From contig CAVPBK010000006.1 of assembly GCA_963701855.1 (NCBI GenBank), positions 224,001 to 288,000 of the forward strand: DNA of 64,000 bases, written 5' to 3'. The notes beneath the pieces are model-generated. The model was given only the letters and a program-made list of their open reading frames with translations. It did no database searches and was not told the origin of the DNA. The DNA is from Nitrospirota bacterium. GTDB lineage: Bacteria; Nitrospirota; Nitrospiria; Nitrospirales; Nitrospiraceae. Shown piece after piece: positions 23,253 to 32,994 of the stretch. Each line of letters opens with the position of its first letter. Positions within the stretch are counted from its first letter, which is position 1. The position numbers were made by a program, and so were the translations under genes.

Positions 23253-23391
23253 CTAGGGCATCTCTTTTTTCACGCTATCCACTTCGCATTGAGCCAGTCC
23301 AGTCGGCCTCAGCTCTTCCCGACAGCAGTACTGCTCTGGTTGCAGCGCAAAAGAGTGGTGTGCTAAATGAGAGACTTCGCGGAGGCATAGC

Positions 23392-23805
23392 ATGGCGCAC
23401 GATGACGAACAGGGACAGCACGAACGAATATTTACATTATCCGAAGCTAACCGCCTCATCCCCCAGCTCAACTCCAAGCTGACAGCAATTCAGCAAGCCA
23501 AGGCCGTCTTGTCTCGCACAAAAGAAGATATCAAGAAAGCCAGCGCCCAAGCCGAATATGGTGGGGGCAGTACTGTTGGGCACCTCTACATCTTGGGACT
23601 ACAACAAGTCAGTGCGAATCTTCAGGCGATTCAAGAACTCGGTATCCTAGTGAAGGATCTGGATCTCGGCCTCTGTGATTTTCCTTATCTTAATGACGGC
23701 CGAGTGGTCTATCTATGTTGGAAGCTCGGAGAGCAAGAAGTTCTCTGGTGGCATGAAACGACTACTGGCTATAAAGATCGCTGCCCTCTAGAGGATCTAG
23801 CCTGA
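23392..23805 (+). CDS. DUF2203-family protein
   Basis: FTLSEAN, VKDLDLGLCDFP, VYLCWKLGE, WWH...GY motifs; GGAGG RBS. Confidence 0.8.
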   Translation: MAHDDEQGQHERIFTLSEANRLIPQLNSKLTAIQQAKAVLSRTKEDIKKASAQAEYGGGSTVGHLYILGLQQVSANLQAIQELGILVKDLDLGLCDFPYLNDGRVVYLCWKLGEQEVLWWHETTTGYKDRCPLEDLA

Positions 23806-23833
23806 GATCAGAATCCTCACCCTTGAGACATTT

Positions 23834-24112
23834 ATGAAATTTGTCATACTCGGATTCGACGGCCCCGAAGGAGAGGCCAAGCGAAAAATCTATCGCCCTG
23901 CTCATCTCGCCAAGATGGAACCCCTAGATGCGCAAGGCCGGGTCGTACTAGCCGGTCCTCTCACGGATAAGACGGGGAGCCTTATTGTCATCGAAGCGGA
24001 CTCGCTGGAAGACGCGCAACAGTTTGCTCGCGAAGACCCCTATACCATCCACGGTGTATTTGAACGGGTCGAGATCCACCCATTTATTCAAGTCTTTCCG
24101 AAAGAGCGGTAG
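23834..24112 (+). CDS. YciI-family protein
   Basis: RPAHL, LAGPL, GSLIV, EDPY motifs. Confidence 0.88.
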   Translation: MKFVILGFDGPEGEAKRKIYRPAHLAKMEPLDAQGRVVLAGPLTDKTGSLIVIEADSLEDAQQFAREDPYTIHGVFERVEIHPFIQVFPKER

Positions 24113-24208
24113 CCGGAGGCCTGCCACTCCAATCCCTTTCACCCCTAGCCCATCTGTCCCCCTTTGGATGCATTGTCCCTTCCGCTATCAAACGGTATAG
24201 TTATATTA

Positions 24209-25483
24209 ATGGAACTGTATTGGCGATTTATCTACCCCTCCCTTTTCGCACTCTTACTATGCTTATTAGGGGGATCTCCTGCATTCAGCGCCTCCACGAA
24301 AACCATTGTCGCCAATGGCCACTACGTCATGGCCGATGGCGACACCTTAGCCGTCGCAGAAGAAAAAGTTCTCCAACGAGCCCAACGCAACGCGGTGGAA
24401 GAAGCGGGCGTCTATCTCGAAACTACATTCCACGATATGGAAAAAGAATCCGACGGAAGAAGCACGCAAACCAGTTCGCTGGAAATCAGAACGATTGCCG
24501 CTGCTGTCACGGAAACGGAAATCCTCGAATCCAGGCGCTCCTTCGAGCTGAATCGTCCCGTCTTTTTCGTACGCATTCGTGCTACGGTCAATATGAGTAG
24601 TCTGGCGGATGCCATACGCCGACTTCAATCCGAGCAGCAGCTCACGCAACACTTTCGCCAGCTCCAGCAAGAAAATCTCCATTTGCGCTCACAACTGCAA
24701 GAGATTCAACGGCAGCCGGTCGGCGTCCGAATGCTGGCAATCGATCCGAGCGGAAAGTCCGCCTCATACCAACGGGCACGCACGATGATCGAGACTGCTC
24801 TCCACACATCGAATCTGCGGGACAAGATCCAGCTCAGCACAGATGCCGCCAGCCTTGACGATCACTACGTCGACCCACTAATTGTGCGCGGACAAACCTA
24901 TCTCCGGCTCGTCTCACTGGCTTTTTCCCAACGGGGTCAGGCATCGGACTATGCGGACTATCTGGACAAAGCCAGGATAGACTTCAATCGCGCCATCGCA
25001 CTCGACGCCAAGAACCTATGGGCATGGGTTGGGAAAGGAGATGTGCTCACGTGGCTGAAACAATTCGACGAGGCCGCTGCTGCCTATGAGCAAGCCCTTG
25101 AGCTCGATCCGTTTGCCGATATCGCTCGCCAGCCTCTCATCGGCGTATATACAACACAAGCGCGCCGTCAGGCGGACGCCAAATCTTGGCATCAAGCTTT
25201 GGCCACGCTGAAAAAAATCCTCAACGCCCAAACACCTGAAAGTTGGATCCCCTATCAAAAAGAAGCGTATACACTGCGGAGCGAGATCTACCTTAAGCTG
25301 AATCAACCGGAAAAAGCGATTGAAGATCTGTCCACTTTAATTCGAGCTGACTCCACCAATGCTGCTGCCCTGATGACCAGAGCAAAGCTCTACCAAGAAC
25401 GTTTACAGGGTCGGCTCGCTAAGGATGACCTTGAGCGAGCCTGCGTTTTAGGCTCCATTCCAGCTTGCGAACAATTACCATAG
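24209..25483 (+). CDS. Exported TPR-repeat protein
   Basis: N-terminal signal peptide, coiled coil, several TPR-like repeats (AYEQALELDP), C-terminal DLERACVLG...AC; start uncertain. Confidence 0.75.
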   Translation: MELYWRFIYPSLFALLLCLLGGSPAFSASTKTIVANGHYVMADGDTLAVAEEKVLQRAQRNAVEEAGVYLETTFHDMEKESDGRSTQTSSLEIRTIAAAVTETEILESRRSFELNRPVFFVRIRATVNMSSLADAIRRLQSEQQLTQHFRQLQQENLHLRSQLQEIQRQPVGVRMLAIDPSGKSASYQRARTMIETALHTSNLRDKIQLSTDAASLDDHYVDPLIVRGQTYLRLVSLAFSQRGQASDYADYLDKARIDFNRAIALDAKNLWAWVGKGDVLTWLKQFDEAAAAYEQALELDPFADIARQPLIGVYTTQARRQADAKSWHQALATLKKILNAQTPESWIPYQKEAYTLRSEIYLKLNQPEKAIEDLSTLIRADSTNAAALMTRAKLYQERLQGRLAKDDLERACVLGSIPACEQLP

Positions 25484-25561
25484 CGCACAACGTATTGATT
25501 TATTTATAATATATAGTTGACAATCGAGTCGGCCTATGCGGCCAAGCGGCTGCCAATTGGT

Positions 25562-25591
25562 TTGACAGACTGCATAGGCCAACCCTATAAT
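25562..25591 (+). promoter_or_regulatory. Near-consensus sigma70 promoter of the oxidoreductase operon
   Basis: TTGACA-18 nt-TATAAT. Confidence 0.65.
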
Positions 25592-25826
25592 GCGCACTCC
25601 TTAAATGTGAGCCAGATTAGGGGGTTATTGGTCTGTTCTTGGCAAAGCCATGAGTTTGAGGACAAAAGGCCTAAGCCTCCTTCATTCAATGGCCCCAAAT
25701 TTCATAGCGATGGGCCTTCTGCGAAGTTGCAGAGCACATGGAATAAGCTTAGAGTGACAGAGGCTGAGCGTATCAGAAAACCTGTGTTTTTCGTTCTTTA
25801 ACCCCTTAGCCGGAGAGTAAGCCGTA

Positions 25827-26462
25827 ATGACTCAGTATCGTGTCCTTCCAGGTCCAGAACATTTCCTTCCTCCATCGGCTGCCAGTATGGGCATTTGTTT
25901 GCCGAACCCTGGGGAAGCTCATATCAACGGTGTGATTGTTCCAGAAGAAAAAGCCTATGAGGAGGCAGCAAAACAATTCCTCATGGCCAAAGTGCCCACC
26001 CTCTTCCCTGGCCCCTTAGTTCTGTGGGCATGGAACGAGAAGGCGGCCAAGAAGGCCACGGCCATCCGTCACTTGTACAACACACTCAAGGAATGCGTGC
26101 AACCCGGACAAACACCGATGCTGATCCCGATGCCGGACTACCGCCCCAAGTATCCCAAAATCAATCCTGAGGTCGAGATCAACCCCAACCATCCAAATTT
26201 GACCATCTGGCACAATAAAATCGATTGCTGCATGTTCATCGGAGTCCACTGCCATCAAGCGAACTTATCACTCAAAATCATTCGGGGTGGCACCTCCTGC
26301 TACACAATTGCGATGTGCGCTCAAGCCGGCCATGAAGATGCGATGCTCTCGTTCCGCGACGCATCGGTTGAAAAGATTATGAAACTAGCCGATACCGTGA
26401 AAAGATTAAAAGGGACGGTCAAACCACGGCTGACGTCAGCCAAGAGCGGAGCCTCAAACTAA
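25827..26462 (+). CDS. porD: Five-subunit 2-oxoacid:ferredoxin oxidoreductase, delta subunit
   Basis: PMPDYRPKYPKINPE, NHPNLTIWHNKID, GVHCH; first gene of a D-A-B-G-E operon. POR versus OGOR not settled. Confidence 0.75.
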   Translation: MTQYRVLPGPEHFLPPSAASMGICLPNPGEAHINGVIVPEEKAYEEAAKQFLMAKVPTLFPGPLVLWAWNEKAAKKATAIRHLYNTLKECVQPGQTPMLIPMPDYRPKYPKINPEVEINPNHPNLTIWHNKIDCCMFIGVHCHQANLSLKIIRGGTSCYTIAMCAQAGHEDAMLSFRDASVEKIMKLADTVKRLKGTVKPRLTSAKSGASN

Positions 26463-26507
26463 GCGACACCGCTTGAGGTTCTGGAGACAGTGAAAGGAGC
26501 CTGAATC

Positions 26508-27719
26508 ATGGCAGACACACATTCCGTCATCGGCACAAAAAATAAAAAAGGCCAGACCTTTACCGACACCTGGAAGATGATGAATGAGGCGCCGCGCACG
26601 CCGTCGTTCTATACGGGTAGCGAGGTTATCAAGGAAGCGCTCCGGCGGGCCAGCTGCGACGTAATGATCGCATATCCGATTACCCCGCAGAGCGAAGCGG
26701 CCGCCTTGATCGGCGAACTCTTTGCCGAAGGTTATATCGGCGACTACTTCCGTGGCGAGAGCGAATTCGCCGTCATGTCGCAATGCGCGGGAGCGGCCTT
26801 CGGTGGGGCACGTGTGTTTACGACAACTGCAGGGCCAGGCACGATGCGCGCGATGGAGAACTTCCCGATGTGGTCCGGCGCAAGGTTGCCGATTCAGATG
26901 ATTGTTACCTGCCGCGGCATCAACTCACCGTTGTCGATCCAGCCCGACACACTCGAGATTGCATATCTTCTGAATACCGGCATGCTCGTCTGGCATGCGG
27001 AAACCGCACAGGACTTCTTTGATTGGATCCTGAAAGGCTACATGGTGTCGGAAGAGCCTGATGTGCACCTCCCCTTGGCGCTCTGCTGCGACGGATTTTT
27101 TGTGACGCACACCAAGGACGTCGTCAATCTTACCCCGGCAGACATGTGTCTTCCACCCTATGACCCCTACCGCTCCCCCGTGCCCTGCATGGACATGGAA
27201 TGTCCGCCGGTTCGGATGATGCGCGATCCGTTTGTCATGAAGAGCAACTACATCAGCTATGCCACTCACGCTTCCTGGCAGCAAGAAGTCTGGGCAGCAG
27301 TGGAACGGTCCCGCAAGCACACAATCAAGTGGATAAACGGGTTGATCGAGACGGAAAATACCGATGCCGAGGTTCTCATCGTTGCCTCCGGTACGGCGGT
27401 GTCGCAGGGTCGTGAGGCCATCCGGCTCCTCGATGACGAAGGCATTCGTTGCGGCCTGGTAAAGATCAAGTCCTTGCGGCCTTGGCCAGGCGAAGAAATC
27501 CGTGAAGCCACAAAAAACGCCAAACACATTATCGTCCCTGAATTTAACGTGACTGGGTGGTTGGCAAAGGAAATTAAGGCTACCATCCCGAATAGCGAGC
27601 GTGTAAATGCTGGCCCGCATGTCTGCGGAGGCATGACGATGCCACCAGAAATTATTGTCTCGGAAATCAAGAACCTGCTCGGCATGCGCACCATGTCGTT
27701 GGCCGGTCGCGGCAGTTGA
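26508..27719 (+). CDS. porA: 2-oxoacid (probably pyruvate):ferredoxin oxidoreductase, alpha subunit
   Basis: YPITPQSE, GESEF, TTTAGPG. Confidence 0.82.
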   Translation: MADTHSVIGTKNKKGQTFTDTWKMMNEAPRTPSFYTGSEVIKEALRRASCDVMIAYPITPQSEAAALIGELFAEGYIGDYFRGESEFAVMSQCAGAAFGGARVFTTTAGPGTMRAMENFPMWSGARLPIQMIVTCRGINSPLSIQPDTLEIAYLLNTGMLVWHAETAQDFFDWILKGYMVSEEPDVHLPLALCCDGFFVTHTKDVVNLTPADMCLPPYDPYRSPVPCMDMECPPVRMMRDPFVMKSNYISYATHASWQQEVWAAVERSRKHTIKWINGLIETENTDAEVLIVASGTAVSQGREAIRLLDDEGIRCGLVKIKSLRPWPGEEIREATKNAKHIIVPEFNVTGWLAKEIKATIPNSERVNAGPHVCGGMTMPPEIIVSEIKNLLGMRTMSLAGRGS

Positions 27720-27779
27720 TCGCATCTAGCAGCAAGAACGGAACGACCAGAATACGACACACGCACTGAGGAGGCCCAC

Positions 27780-28685
27780 ATGAGCAAGGAACGTATCAAG
27801 ATTTCGGAAGACCTGTATGACATCATGCCGTCTGACTATCAAGACCTGGTCAAGAGCGCGACCTACGGTAAGGAAGACCGAGGCTGGAAGGATATCGGCA
27901 ACAGCAAGGAACTGATCGAGCAACACTCCCTCTGCGCTGGCTGCCCTGAATCCATGGCCTTTCGTTACATCTTGGCCTCATTGCCGAACCCCGAAGACAC
28001 CGTCATGGTTGGTTCCACAGGCTGTACCAGTCTAGTCTTCCCCATGGTGGCCGTGCACAACATTCACTCTCTCTTCGGCAACCAAAACGCAATCGCCTCC
28101 GGCCTGAAGCGCGCCTTGAGCGTCCGCTTCCCAGGCCGTACGAAAGACGTGGTCGTGCTCGCCGGCGACGGTGCCACCGTCGATATCGGCCTCGATATGA
28201 CGCTCCAAGCCTGGTTCCGTCAGGAGAAGTTCACCACCATTTGCTTCGACAACGAACTGTACGCTAATACCGGCGGTCAAGAGAGCGGCCTGATGCAGAA
28301 GGGATTTGTCGCCAAGATGGCTCCGGTAGGGAAGCTCTTTGACAAGGTCCGTCTGCCGGAGATCGCGCGCGAGTCAGGTTGCCATTACGTGGTTCAATGC
28401 ACCGTCAGCAAACCATCCCTCGTTGAGAAGGTGGTACGGAACGCGGTTATGATCTCACGCGAAATCGGCCCGACCTATCTCCAGCTTTATACGCCTTGCA
28501 TTCTTGAAATTGGGAAGAACAGCATGGAAGGGCTCCAGGAAATGCGGGACTCTGAAAAACCGACCGAGCGGTTTGCCTACAAAGAGTACATCAGTGAGCC
28601 GGCCAAACAACTCCTGGCTGAGATATCCGCCAAGGATAAGGAAAAGAAGGCTGCTGCAAAACAGCTCGCCTCTCAGGGAGCCTAA
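27780..28685 (+). CDS. porB: 2-oxoacid:ferredoxin oxidoreductase, beta (TPP-binding) subunit
   Basis: CAGCPE, TGC, GDG...DNELYANTGGQES, TPC. Confidence 0.82.
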   Translation: MSKERIKISEDLYDIMPSDYQDLVKSATYGKEDRGWKDIGNSKELIEQHSLCAGCPESMAFRYILASLPNPEDTVMVGSTGCTSLVFPMVAVHNIHSLFGNQNAIASGLKRALSVRFPGRTKDVVVLAGDGATVDIGLDMTLQAWFRQEKFTTICFDNELYANTGGQESGLMQKGFVAKMAPVGKLFDKVRLPEIARESGCHYVVQCTVSKPSLVEKVVRNAVMISREIGPTYLQLYTPCILEIGKNSMEGLQEMRDSEKPTERFAYKEYISEPAKQLLAEISAKDKEKKAAAKQLASQGA

Positions 28686-28709
28686 TCCGATTCTGGAGGA
28701 GAGACGATC

Positions 28710-29417
28710 ATGATCAAGAAAAGACTGAATGTCCGGATGTCGGGATTAGGCGGACAGGGCGCTGTTACCGCCGCGCATGTTCTCGCCATGGCTGCCAATC
28801 GCGACGGCAAGTTTTCAATCTCCAATCCCTTCTTCGGCGCCGAGAAACGCATGGCCCCGGCAGAGAGCTATTGCCGAATTGGCATCGAACGGATCTACGA
28901 CCGCGGCGAGTTGGTATTTCCCGACGTCATTCAGGTCTTTCACCCCCAGGTCATCACCATGGGGAAGAGCTACACCATGCCCTTCTATTCCGGTGTGAAG
29001 GAAGGTGGCCTCGTCATTATCAACTCCGACCAGCCACTTCTCTCTGAAGAAGATGTTCAGCGGCTGAAGGATATAAACGTCGCGTTATTTTATATTGCAG
29101 GCACTGAGCTCGCAATCGAAGTTGCCGGGACCGAGCTATCAACGAATATGTCGATGCTCGGGTCGGTCGCGGGCATCACCAAGTGCGTCTCGATGGAATC
29201 CCTGGATCTCGCCTTACAGGAACGATTCGGGAAGAAGTTCGTCGCCTCCGGTGGAACCGCCTCCCTGGATGAGGCGATCAAGAAGAAATTCGCCAAGAAA
29301 GAAATGTTGCTGGCCAAGAACTTGGCAACTGTGAAGGCGGCCTATGACATTGCCAGTGAGTGGGCCGAAAAGAATCAGTATGAGTTGCGAGTCGGCAATC
29401 CTGCCGTGGCGGCGTAA
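28710..29417 (+). CDS. porG: 2-oxoacid:ferredoxin oxidoreductase, gamma subunit
   Basis: GLGGQGAVT, FFGAEKR motifs. Confidence 0.8.
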   Translation: MIKKRLNVRMSGLGGQGAVTAAHVLAMAANRDGKFSISNPFFGAEKRMAPAESYCRIGIERIYDRGELVFPDVIQVFHPQVITMGKSYTMPFYSGVKEGGLVIINSDQPLLSEEDVQRLKDINVALFYIAGTELAIEVAGTELSTNMSMLGSVAGITKCVSMESLDLALQERFGKKFVASGGTASLDEAIKKKFAKKEMLLAKNLATVKAAYDIASEWAEKNQYELRVGNPAVAA

Positions 29418-29440
29418 CGAGAGAGAAGGAACCACCTCGC

Positions 29441-29719
29441 ATGTATAACGTAGCGCAAGTCATCGACGAAAAATGTGTGGCCAAAAAGGGCTGTCGGCTG
29501 TGCATCATGTATTGTCCTGAGGCCAACTGCCTCGACCTCAATCCAACTAAGATGGTGGCCGAAGTGACCATTGACCGCTGTAAAGGCTGTGACCTCTGCG
29601 TAGTCGTCTGCGACGCGGCCAAGCATTATGCCATCACCATGCAGGCGGTCAGCGCCACCGGGAAGCTGATGTCACAAAAAGGCGAGTCCGCAGCGCTGGG
29701 GCAGGCCTACCAAGGATAA
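29441..29719 (+). CDS. porE: 2-oxoacid:ferredoxin oxidoreductase, epsilon (4Fe-4S ferredoxin-like) subunit
   Basis: C-x5-CxxCxxxCP and CxxCxxCxxxC motifs. Confidence 0.78.
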   Translation: MYNVAQVIDEKCVAKKGCRLCIMYCPEANCLDLNPTKMVAEVTIDRCKGCDLCVVVCDAAKHYAITMQAVSATGKLMSQKGESAALGQAYQG

Positions 29720-29750
29720 CCGTTTCATGTAGCGGGTCTCCCGCGCAAGA

Positions 29751-29781
29751 CCCCATGGCGCCTGCGCTATGGGGTTTTTTG
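29751..29781 (+). terminator. Intrinsic terminator of the oxidoreductase operon
   Basis: CCCCATGGCG-loop-CGCTATGGGG followed by a T run. Confidence 0.8.
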
Positions 29782-29804
29782 TTGGTGTACTTCTGGAGGA
29801 ACAG

Positions 29805-30074
29805 ATGGAAGCTGAAGATAATGTCATCGATGAGCTCATTAAAGAAATTGCCGGGCTGATCCACGAGTACCCAAAAGTGCTCGAACGGCGTGCAGTCGAG
29901 ATCCATGCCACCGGGAAAGACCCGGATTTGGCGCAGACCCTTATCAAGGCTGCCGACACTATGCGCGACAGTGGAAACCTCTATCTGACCTGGGCGAAGC
30001 ACTACGCGTCCGTCGCAGCAGGCAGGACCGATGCGACATCGAGTGAGGACGAAACCGAAGATTTCGACGTGTAA
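29805..30074 (+). CDS. Small acidic helical hypothetical protein
   Basis: GGAGG RBS before ATG at 29805; protein-like composition. Confidence 0.7.
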   Translation: MEAEDNVIDELIKEIAGLIHEYPKVLERRAVEIHATGKDPDLAQTLIKAADTMRDSGNLYLTWAKHYASVAAGRTDATSSEDETEDFDV

Positions 30075-30177
30075 CGAAATAGATGCAGGCAGGTCAAGTA
30101 TTGTTCTAATAGAAAAAAGTCTCCCCCCAACCAATATCTTTTGTTAGAATACGCCGCCAAACGACGAACTATCTAAT

Positions 30178-30253
30178 TCCCCGGTAGCTCAGTTGGTAGA
30201 GCAGCCGGCTGTTAACCGGCTGGTCGCAGGTTCGAGTCCTGCCCGGGGAGCCA
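30178..30253 (+). tRNA. tRNA-Asn (GTT)
   Basis: TCCCCGG acceptor stem, CCGGC-T-GTT-AA-CCGG anticodon arm, GTTCGAGTCC T-loop, CCA end. Confidence 0.97.
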
Positions 30254-30455
30254 ATCCAGCGAAAGGGGGCACCCCACTCTGTGAAGTACCCCATTTCGCT
30301 TTCTCCCCACCATTGAAACAAGAGTTCCTTCCACACCTGTTCAACTATAGCCGGATCGAGCGGCTGTAGCGAGAATGCGAGGTAGCCCCTCCCAATTTGT
30401 TGCACCAGAAAGATTCATGCTGCGGGGCTATGAAATTTTTCTGTAGGATGGCTGC

Positions 30456-31442
30456 ATGACACCAGGCGGACGAGAGTTTATACCGGCAGTTTTATTCCGC
30501 AATCCGCATCTCATGACGATTCTCCCTGGTTTTTGGCCTCGCGGAGGACTGCTTGCCGGAGTACCGACCGAGTCGCGCCTCTTTACCACTGAGCCTCACA
30601 CTCAGTTGCTCGGCTATTGCCACTGGCAGCCAATTCGCGCAGCATCCCAGACGCTGGTACTCGTGCATGGACTTGAAGGCTCCAGTGAGTCTCACTATAT
30701 GCGCGGAATTGCCACGAAAGCGTATCGCGCGGGATTCAATGTCATCCGGATGAATCAACGGACCTGTGGCGGGAGCGAGCACCTGACCCCGACGCTCTAT
30801 AACACCGGCTTGAGCCAGGACTATCGCGCCATCGTCCAGGAATTGGCGCGCGTAGATGGACTCAATCGCATCTGGCTTGCCGGCTACTCGATGGGAGGGA
30901 ATCTCATCCTGAAAGCAGCCGGAGAAGCCGGCTCGTCAGAAACAGCATTGGCCGGCGCGATCGCTGTCTGTCCGAATATCGACCCCCCCAAATGCGTCGA
31001 GGCCTTGGAACAACCGCGCAACTGGATTTACCACAGACATTTTCTCGTCGAACTCAAAGCGCGATTGAAACGAAAGGCTGTGCTCTTCCCTGGCAGATGG
31101 GATCTTAAGGATCTCGACCGGACAAATAGCATGAGCCAATTCGATCACCGCTATACCGCTCCGGACGGAGGCTACGCCAGTGGAGCCGACTATTATAATC
31201 GTGTAGGCGCATGCCTTGTGGTCAACTCTATCGCCGTCCCCACCCTCATCATCACGGCACAAGACGATCCCTTTATTCCCTATTCCATGTTTACGGTGCC
31301 GCAGATTCAGCACAACTCTAGGATTCAGGTGATTGCGCCTCGCTATGGAGGGCATTGCGGATTCTTACAATGGGCAGTCAACGGGGAAGATCATTTCTGG
31401 GCGGAGAATCGGATTATGGACTTCTTGCAAGGACGAATGTGA
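30456..31442 (+). CDS. YheT-family alpha/beta hydrolase
   Basis: NPHLMT, HGLEGS, GYSMGG, DDPF, GGHCGF. Confidence 0.9.
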   Translation: MTPGGREFIPAVLFRNPHLMTILPGFWPRGGLLAGVPTESRLFTTEPHTQLLGYCHWQPIRAASQTLVLVHGLEGSSESHYMRGIATKAYRAGFNVIRMNQRTCGGSEHLTPTLYNTGLSQDYRAIVQELARVDGLNRIWLAGYSMGGNLILKAAGEAGSSETALAGAIAVCPNIDPPKCVEALEQPRNWIYHRHFLVELKARLKRKAVLFPGRWDLKDLDRTNSMSQFDHRYTAPDGGYASGADYYNRVGACLVVNSIAVPTLIITAQDDPFIPYSMFTVPQIQHNSRIQVIAPRYGGHCGFLQWAVNGEDHFWAENRIMDFLQGRM

Positions 31443-31508
31443 GGAGAATCGGCCGCGTCCGTCTGGATGCAGCCGGTGAACTTTGGCGATATACGCAGAC
31501 CGCTCCGA

Positions 31509-32993
31509 TCAGGCCGTTTGAAGATGCGCCCGCACTTCTTGCACGTAGGTCTTGAACGGGTCTGGCATGGGAAAGGGCGCCTGACCACGTAGTTGGAAGA
31601 TCGACCAGTTGATGACGTATGAGGGAGAAAACCGTTCTTCCAGTTTAGGATCGGCTGGTGCATCCGAAAGTCCACAGGCCAGCAAATGGCGAACAAGTTC
31701 GCCCCGTCCAAACGCTCTGGTATTGCGTGGGGGATGGTCCATCGCCAACGTAATCGCCTTATCCGTAATGAGGCGTGGAACCTGCCCTTCTTCCATGAGG
31801 CCATAGTAGAGCCCCTTGCCTTGATGAAGATTGTGATACTCCAGATCGAGACTCTTCAGCGCCGGATCAGTCCACGCCATCTGCTCAGCCTCACGAAAGG
31901 TTTCAAGCAGCCATAATTTTGAAGCCCAATCGACCCGGCCCACCAGCGTCCGGTAGTCCCCTCGGAGATCATGCAAGACCTTTTCCCATTGATCGAGCAC
32001 CCAATCGGTTTCGTCGTCTTGTCCCCGATAGTGTTCTTGCGCCGCCGTGAGAAACGCTTCCTGAACATCGATTGCAGAAATCGTCTTCCCCGATTGCAAC
32101 TGAACGATCCATTGTCGGTCCTGATCCTGTGACAGTTCCTGCATGGTTTCAACCGGTTCGTTGATCTCAAGATCGAGTGGCGCATGGCCCTCTTCGATCA
32201 GCTGAAGAACCAGCCCCGTCGTGCCCAACTTCAAGGCCGTCGCTACTTCAGCCATATTGGAATCGCCCAATAAAAGATGGATGCGCCGATATTGATTGGG
32301 ATCGGCCAAGGGCTCATCTCTGGTATTGACTATGGCGCGATTCTGCTGCACCCATTCGAAAAAATCATTCACGATGTAATCTGCGCGCTGAGAAATCTGA
32401 AACGGGAGGAGAGCCTCCTGCCCATAGCGATGACCGACTCCTCGAGGGACAAGAAGCCGGTCCATCTGAACCCAGCCGTCCTGAGGACCGGCTGCGCCGA
32501 TACGTCCAGCCCCTGTAAAGATCTGTCTGGTGACAAGGAAGGTCACAAAGGGTCCGAGGCCTCGCCGCGTAAAGGGAAAACGCCGCGAGACAAGATAGTT
32601 CTCATGTGATCCGAAGGTCGCATCGGTCTCATGATCCACATTGTTCTTGATCAACGACACCGTGTCGGCCAGACCGAGGTCTTGAATCGCATCCTGCAGT
32701 AACTGATCGCCTGCGCGGTCGGCGGCCACCACATCGCTGAGCGATTCACACTCCGGCGAGGCCCACTCCAGATGCCCCATGTCGAGATACATGCGCCCAG
32801 CGTTGGTGAGAAATCCTCCGTTCCCCGGCGGTTCATCATGCCCTCGATGATGCAGATCGAGCACGCCGCGCCGTTGAACGTGAAAGAGATGGTCTCGAAC
32901 TTTATGAGCAAACCAGGTAGGTGAATGATCGGGTCTGTCTTGATTCACCAAGAGTCCGTATTCGGTTTCAAGTCCGAAAATACGGTTCAACAT
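31509..32993 (-). CDS. pafA: Pup/UBact-protein ligase (PafA family)
   Basis: RIFGLETEYG, NGGFLTNAGRMYLD..HLE.ASPEC, GSHENYL, INTRDEP-like VNTRDEP, RIHLLLGDSN, DLEYH. Confidence 0.92.
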   Translation of the reverse strand: MLNRIFGLETEYGLLVNQDRPDHSPTWFAHKVRDHLFHVQRRGVLDLHHRGHDEPPGNGGFLTNAGRMYLDMGHLEWASPECESLSDVVAADRAGDQLLQDAIQDLGLADTVSLIKNNVDHETDATFGSHENYLVSRRFPFTRRGLGPFVTFLVTRQIFTGAGRIGAAGPQDGWVQMDRLLVPRGVGHRYGQEALLPFQISQRADYIVNDFFEWVQQNRAIVNTRDEPLADPNQYRRIHLLLGDSNMAEVATALKLGTTGLVLQLIEEGHAPLDLEINEPVETMQELSQDQDRQWIVQLQSGKTISAIDVQEAFLTAAQEHYRGQDDETDWVLDQWEKVLHDLRGDYRTLVGRVDWASKLWLLETFREAEQMAWTDPALKSLDLEYHNLHQGKGLYYGLMEEGQVPRLITDKAITLAMDHPPRNTRAFGRGELVRHLLACGLSDAPADPKLEERFSPSYVINWSIFQLRGQAPFPMPDPFKTYVQEVRAHLQTA

Positions 32994-32994
32994 C

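Noticed and set aside
30254..30455. Integrative element at tRNA-Asn
   Set aside because: No integrase follows and no duplicated tRNA 3' end was seen in the window.
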